Part shown: piece after piece, positions 60,912 through 64,000 of the stretch
Layout: the number at the start of each line of letters is the position of its first letter
Numbering within the stretch: the first letter of the stretch is position 1
From: Treponemataceae bacterium
Lineage (GTDB): Bacteria > Spirochaetota > Spirochaetia > Treponematales > Rectinemataceae
DNA: 64,000 nt
Assembly: GCA_963677895.2 (NCBI GenBank)
Contig: CAXXGJ010000018.1
Coordinates: forward strand, 480,001 to 544,000
Direction: 5' to 3'
The notes under the pieces: model-generated
Told to the model about the DNA's origin: nothing
The model's input: the letters and a program-made list of their open reading frames with translations, nothing else
Databases searched by the model: none
Made by a program: the position numbers and the translations under genes

Positions 60912-62193
60912 AAGAAAGATTCTCCATAAAAACGCATTCGCCTGCCTCGTCTTTCTTCCTTTCTGGGGCATTTCCTATTCTTTGAGCTTTTTCTACCTTG
61001 GCCTCTACTTCAGGGAGTTCGGCGTGAGCGACGCTCAGCTGGGCTTCCTCGTGACGGCCGGCGCCGGCGCTTCCATCATCTTCTCCTTCCTCGCCGCGCC
61101 CATCGTGGACAGATTGGGCCGCAGGAGAGCCACGCTCATTTTCGACATCCTGGGCACGGCCCTGCCTTTCCTCATCTACGCGCTGCACGGAAGCTTCGTC
61201 TTCGCCCTGGCGGGCACGATTCTGTCCAACGCGAGCAAGGTGACGAACATCGGCTATTATCTTCTGATGACCGAGGATTCGGGAAACGGGGAAAGAGCGG
61301 ACGCGTTTAACATTTTCAACATAATCATCATCGCCTCGGGTCTTCTCGTGCCCGTGGCGGGTAGTTTCGTCGCGCGCGCCGGCCTGGTGCGGGCCGAACG
61401 CGTTTTCCTTTTCGTGTCGGCCGCGGTGATCGCCGGGGCGGCCTTCGGCCGGAATCATTTCGCCGTCGAAACGGCCGCGGGCAAGGCCATGATCGAGAAA
61501 GCCAAGACCGGGAAGCGTCGCGTGGCGATACTGGGCTCCTATGAGGCCGCCCTGCGCTTCATCCGCGCGAACAGGGCCGCGGCGGCCGCCGTCGCCGCGA
61601 ATGTGCTTTTCTATGTGTACTATCTCGTGGGCACGAACAGCAGCCTCTATTTCGCGCCGTTTTTCGCCGACGCCCTCGGCATGGACGCGTCGCTGGTGAG
61701 TCTCGTCGGCGCCCTGTATTCAGGCGGCACGCTCTTCGCGATGCTCTTCCTCAACCCGCCCCTGTTCCGGCGCCTGGGGCCGGCGCGATGCTCGATCTTC
61801 GGCGCCGCGCTCAACATGGCGGGCTTCATACCCCTGGTTTTCCTGCGGCGCGCGGCGCCCGTCTGGGCCATGGGAGCGGTACTGGTCTCGTCGGTCGGGT
61901 TCGGGATGCTCAAGTCGGCCATCGACGCGGCGCTCGCGACCTGCACCGGCGACATCTCTTCAGGGGAGAGATTGTCGGCAGGCGAAGAGGCGAGGGCGGG
62001 CATTTATTCCATCGCGAACCTCGCCTCTTCCGCGCTCGGCATGGGGGCGGGGGCGCTCTGCGGCCTCTTCTATCCTTCCCTGCCGCAGTTCATACCTTTG
62101 ATTTCAATCGCGATTCTGGCCCTCATCGCCGGATTGCTTCTGCGGGCGAATCGCCCGGCTTCTCAGTCCGCCTTTTCCCGCCGGATATCATAG
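60901..62193 (+). CDS. MFS transporter
   Basis: DRLGRR motif A; about 12 TM. Confidence 0.85.
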   Translation: MSAKRKILHKNAFACLVFLPFWGISYSLSFFYLGLYFREFGVSDAQLGFLVTAGAGASIIFSFLAAPIVDRLGRRRATLIFDILGTALPFLIYALHGSFVFALAGTILSNASKVTNIGYYLLMTEDSGNGERADAFNIFNIIIIASGLLVPVAGSFVARAGLVRAERVFLFVSAAVIAGAAFGRNHFAVETAAGKAMIEKAKTGKRRVAILGSYEAALRFIRANRAAAAAVAANVLFYVYYLVGTNSSLYFAPFFADALGMDASLVSLVGALYSGGTLFAMLFLNPPLFRRLGPARCSIFGAALNMAGFIPLVFLRRAAPVWAMGAVLVSSVGFGMLKSAIDAALATCTGDISSGERLSAGEEARAGIYSIANLASSALGMGAGALCGLFYPSLPQFIPLISIAILALIAGLLLRANRPASQSAFSRRIS

Positions 62194-64000
62194 AGTTCCA
62201 GCTGAGGTTTCTCCTCACCGTTCCACTTGTTGAGCGTCACCTTGAAGAGCAGATCGACGCGGTCTTTCGCCTTGAAGGAAAAATCCCTCTCCAGGCGCTC
62301 AGCGCCGTCCCAGAGAAGGGCCGGCCATTTGTAGCTGCCGAAGTCGAGGGTGAGTTTGAGGTGGCTCTTGGCCGATTTGCCCACGATCTGGGCGTCTACC
62401 ATCGGAACGCCGCGGGCGAGGAACACGAGAGGCCGGTTTTCCTCCCCGAAGGGTTCGAAACGCGAATAGACCTTCTGGAGTTCGGGGCGCAGGTAGCTGT
62501 GTGGCAGTTCGGCGTCGACGGTGATGGTCTCCTCGGCGCTCGCCATCTCGGCGGCTTTGAGATGGGATGAAGCGATCGAAACGAAGGATTCCCAGTTTTC
62601 CGGAGGCATGGAGAAACCGGCGGCCGCGTCGTGCCCGCCATAGTCGATGAAAAGATCGGCGCAGGCGGCGAGAAGGCCCGATATCCTGAAGTTGTTGGCC
62701 GTGCGGACGGATCCGACGACGCTTCCGTCTTCCTTGAAGGCCGCGACTATGGCGGGCACCTTGAAGGTCCCCACCATGCGGGAGGCGAGGAGACCCGTGA
62801 TGCCGGGCTTCACGAGGGGCGAACCCAGGAGGATGAAGCGGCTGTCGTTCTTCTCGAAGCTTTCGCGCGCCAGGGGATAGACCGCTTCCCAGGTATCCGA
62901 GCCCATCTTCTTGCGTTCGTTGTTCGCCTGGATGATGTCCTCGACGGCCTTCGTCCTCGCGGCGGGTCGTCGGAGATGAGGAGGTCGAGGGCTATGTCGG
63001 GCTTTCCTATCCTTCCCGCGGCATTCAGCAGGGGCGTGACCTGCCAGGCGATTTCCGTGGAACTAAGGCCCTTACCGAGCCCCTGGACCTGGAGAAGTTC
63101 CCTCAGGCCCTTGCGCGGCGTCGAAGCTATCGCTTCGACGCCGCGCTTCACGATGATCCTGTTCTCGTCGCGGAGCGGCATGAGATCGGCTATCGTCCCG
63201 AGCGCGGCGAGCTGGATCAGCGCCTCTCCTTCCTCGGACTGGGAACCCAGCCTGCGCTGGGCCAGGACGGTGAAAAGCGTCTTCAGGACATCGATGTCGC
63301 CCGTTTCGGAGGAGGAATAGCGGGCAATCCTCAGGACCGAGGTAAGCTCGGAGAGCGACTTCCCCGCGAAATGCGGAAACAAAGCCGTGATCTCGTCGGC
63401 GATATCGTAGCTTTCGATATCCACGTTGGGCCCGAAAATGCCGCGCGAGACGCGGTTCTGGATCGCCTTCTGCCAGACGAAAATCGAACGTCCCTGGAGG
63501 AAGCGGGCGATTTTTTCGAGCACGGCCGAAGTCCTGGGCGAACCTTCCTCCAGCAGCTCCGAGAAACGCGCCGTCTCGACGAGATTGTGAAGCTTTACGA
63601 TTTCGATCTTGTAGCGCCTGACCCCGCTGTCGAGATCGCCGGCGCCCTCTTCCGGCTTGAAGGCGACGGCGCCCTCGGCCGCCTGGGTCCGGCCGGCCGG
63701 ACCCGCCGCGCTCGTGATGGAGAGCAGGGCCACGGGCTGTTTGTAGAGACCTGTTTTCGCGAATGAAAGGGCTCTCGCGACCTTGTAGGCGACGCCGGCT
63801 CCCGCGAGATCGCGGAAGGGGTAGCCACAGCCTTCGATTTTCGGATCGATGACGGCCACGGCTTCGGGCGGAAATTCAGCCTGCAGCTTGTGATGGTCGC
63901 AGATGATGACATCGACGCCCAATTCGGCGGCGTGAGCCACTTCCTTGTGGTTCGAGATGCCGCAGTCGACTGTGATGATGAGGCTTCCGCCTTCCCCGGC
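62163..64000 (-). CDS. recJ: ssDNA exonuclease RecJ, 5'-truncated by the window; apparent 1-bp deletion near 62965
   Basis: ITVDCG, ICDHH, LGTIAD, PLLNAAGR, GSVR, YGGHDAAAG, FEPFGEEN; one added C joins the two ORFs. Confidence 0.92.

Noticed and set aside
62955..62975. recJ split as a programmed frameshift or pseudogene
   Set aside because: One base missing from a short C run restores the frame and no slippery site is present; most likely a sequencing error.

Overview
The window looks like a GC-rich anaerobic bacterial chromosome, probably a free-living spirochaete. That taxonomic call is an inference from the carD-ispDF operon, the long RecJ insertion and Treponema-style attC sites. 1-12 kb holds an energy-metabolism cluster: a divergent carboxyltransferase, a 4-subunit 2-oxoacid:ferredoxin oxidoreductase, split methylmalonyl-CoA mutase, MeaB, epimerase and a Na+-pumping methylmalonyl-CoA decarboxylase. 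12-39 kb holds thrA, a TAXI-TRAP system, a candidate sRNA, a GH31-like protein lacking its catalytic core, ispDF/carD, GH13, DTW, ftsH, cls, a membrane-anchored AraC + TRAP + DUF2264 unit, sod, GNAT and MerR/MFS. 39.5-51.9 kb is an AT-richer island with no integrase, integrated at tRNA-Glu(CUC) and bounded by a 16-bp direct repeat and shared arm-like motifs. It carries a 1812-aa Rhs toxin with a candidate immunity gene, four integron attC-like sites, an IS3 remnant, Fic and serine-hydrolase cassette-like genes and phage-like remnants. 52-62 kb is an uncharacterised sugar/ADP-ribosylglycohydrolase catabolic operon, followed by the 3' part of recJ. The most notable feature is the coupling of an Rhs toxin-immunity pair to attC-type sites. 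Single-base frameshifts in meaB, an ABC permease and recJ are probably sequencing errors. All calls come from reading motifs by eye; no searches were run.
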